NCBI GenBank assembly: GCA_040402055.1
Contig: JBBANJ010000001.1
Span: forward strand, 9,838 to 73,837
Length of the DNA stretch: 64,000 bases
Reading direction: 5' to 3'
Origin: Ilumatobacteraceae bacterium
GTDB lineage: Bacteria; Actinomycetota; Acidimicrobiia; Acidimicrobiales; Ilumatobacteraceae
Shown here: piece by piece, positions 63,414 through 64,000 of the stretch
How positions within the stretch are numbered: position 1 is the stretch's first letter
Layout: every line of letters starts with the position of its first letter
Made by a program: the position numbers and the translations under genes
The notes under the pieces: generated by a model
Seen by the model: the letters and a program-made list of their open reading frames with translations, nothing else
Database searches by the model: none
What the model was told of the DNA's origin: nothing

Positions 63414-64000
63414 GAAGCGATCTTTCGATATCTCTTTGCGCTGACCGCTCAGACTCTTCACGCGAAGAATGCGAACCAAGAACCAGCGCACATAACGCAT
63501 GATGTAACCACGAAGTTCTCGAGTGCCCTTGCGCCACTTCATGTAGCGGTACCTTCTGGCGGCCATTAGCGACTGCTTGCGCACCAACTCGCGATGAAAC
63601 GAAGCGACTTGGCGTTCTGGCTTCAGAGTACCGAAGCCGTGGTTTGGCCCTACAAGCTGTGGAGTATGCAGACCGAGGTTCTGTAGAAATGCTGCATATG
63701 CATAAGCAAACTCTCCGAAGATGACTCTGTCAGTTTGAGATTCCCGAATCTCGTCTTCTCCAACCTCAATTGATACACACGAACCGTTATCAACCAAGCG
63801 ACGCAATACAGACTCTGCAAATTCCGTACGACACACAACAAGACTCACGCCAGTCTTTGTAAACACGGTGCTAGGCAACCACGCATCACCCACAACCATA
63901 TCAGCAAGGAAGTTCGAGTGGTTAATGCACACATGACAACGATTCGTATTGAAGTGCCTGTCAAACGCAACTTGATACCCAAAGTCGACTCGACGGCTAG
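63399..64000 (-). CDS. coenzyme F420 hydrogenase/dehydrogenase beta-subunit (FrhB)-like protein, C-terminal part (5' end outside the window)
   Basis: The frame stays open upstream of the GTG at 63932 to the window edge (...SRRVDFGYQVAFDRHFNTNRCHVCINHSNFLADMVVGDAW...). The DxxVGDAW context is typical of the FrhB C-terminal domain. Confidence 0.6.
   Translation of the reverse strand, partial: SRRVDFGYQVAFDRHFNTNRCHVCINHSNFLADMVVGDAWLPSTVFTKTGVSLVVCRTEFAESVLRRLVDNGSCVSIEVGEDEIRESQTDRVIFGEFAYAYAAFLQNLGLHTPQLVGPNHGFGTLKPERQVASFHRELVRKQSLMAARRYRYMKWRKGTRELRGYIMRYVRWFLVRILRVKSLSGQRKEISKDRFSGFR

Noticed and set aside
1-64000. CRISPR arrays, IS elements, prophage genes, toxin-antitoxin or restriction-modification type defence genes
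   Set aside because: I found no regularly spaced repeats and no transposase, integrase, nuclease or methylase-like ORFs. The only repeats are the SBP paralogues and short palindromes. This is an eye-scan only; a k-mer self-comparison would be decisive.

Overview
The window is a very gene-dense chromosomal segment with about 60 CDS and one tRNA. I estimate it is over 90% coding, and many neighbouring genes overlap by 1-15 nt. I saw no rRNA, CRISPR array, transposase, integrase or phage genes. The gene content looks actinobacterial: phoH-ybeY-CBS/CorC, era, recO and uppS; menaquinone genes; luciferase-like (F420-type) oxidoreductases; and an FrhB-like gene. Moderate GC and extreme compaction suggest a streamlined, possibly aquatic, actinobacterium, but that is inference. 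Left to right: a long minus-strand array (fabZ, bcp, HIT-like, trpA-B-F-C, ABM, glyQS, recO, a degenerate cis-prenyltransferase paralogue), then uppS-dinG, era, and a fatty-acid-type module (MaoC, LLM, acyl-CoA synthetase, acyl-CoA dehydrogenase). Next come menG-menF / menD / dsbA(FrnE)-like-menH / menA / menE, an SDR, corC-ybeY-phoH, a membrane GGDEF-EAL protein, an LtaS/sulfatase-like membrane enzyme and an SGNH hydrolase with a Thr-rich tail, and a Zn-ADH. A peptide-type ABC importer follows, with two tandem paralogous binding proteins plus an orphan third copy 8 kb away. The rest comprises CMD, MFS-alkB, acyl-CoA synthetases, a phosphatidylcholine-synthase-like gene, trhO, tRNA-Cys, a kinase-like/methyltransferase fusion with a mini membrane protein, a PLP enzyme, DUF1295+PlsC, a single-chain MOP-type molybdoenzyme coupled to an LLM oxidoreductase, aminotransferase + omega-amidase + UPF0104, and a truncated FrhB-like gene at the right edge. 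The best candidate for something new is a complementary-defect pair of cis-prenyltransferase paralogues. UppS lacks the C-terminal RXG motif. A divergently encoded, catalytically dead paralogue keeps that motif. This mirrors the eukaryotic DHDDS/NgBR heteromeric architecture. All calls rest on reading the ORF translations and the DNA by eye; no searches were run.
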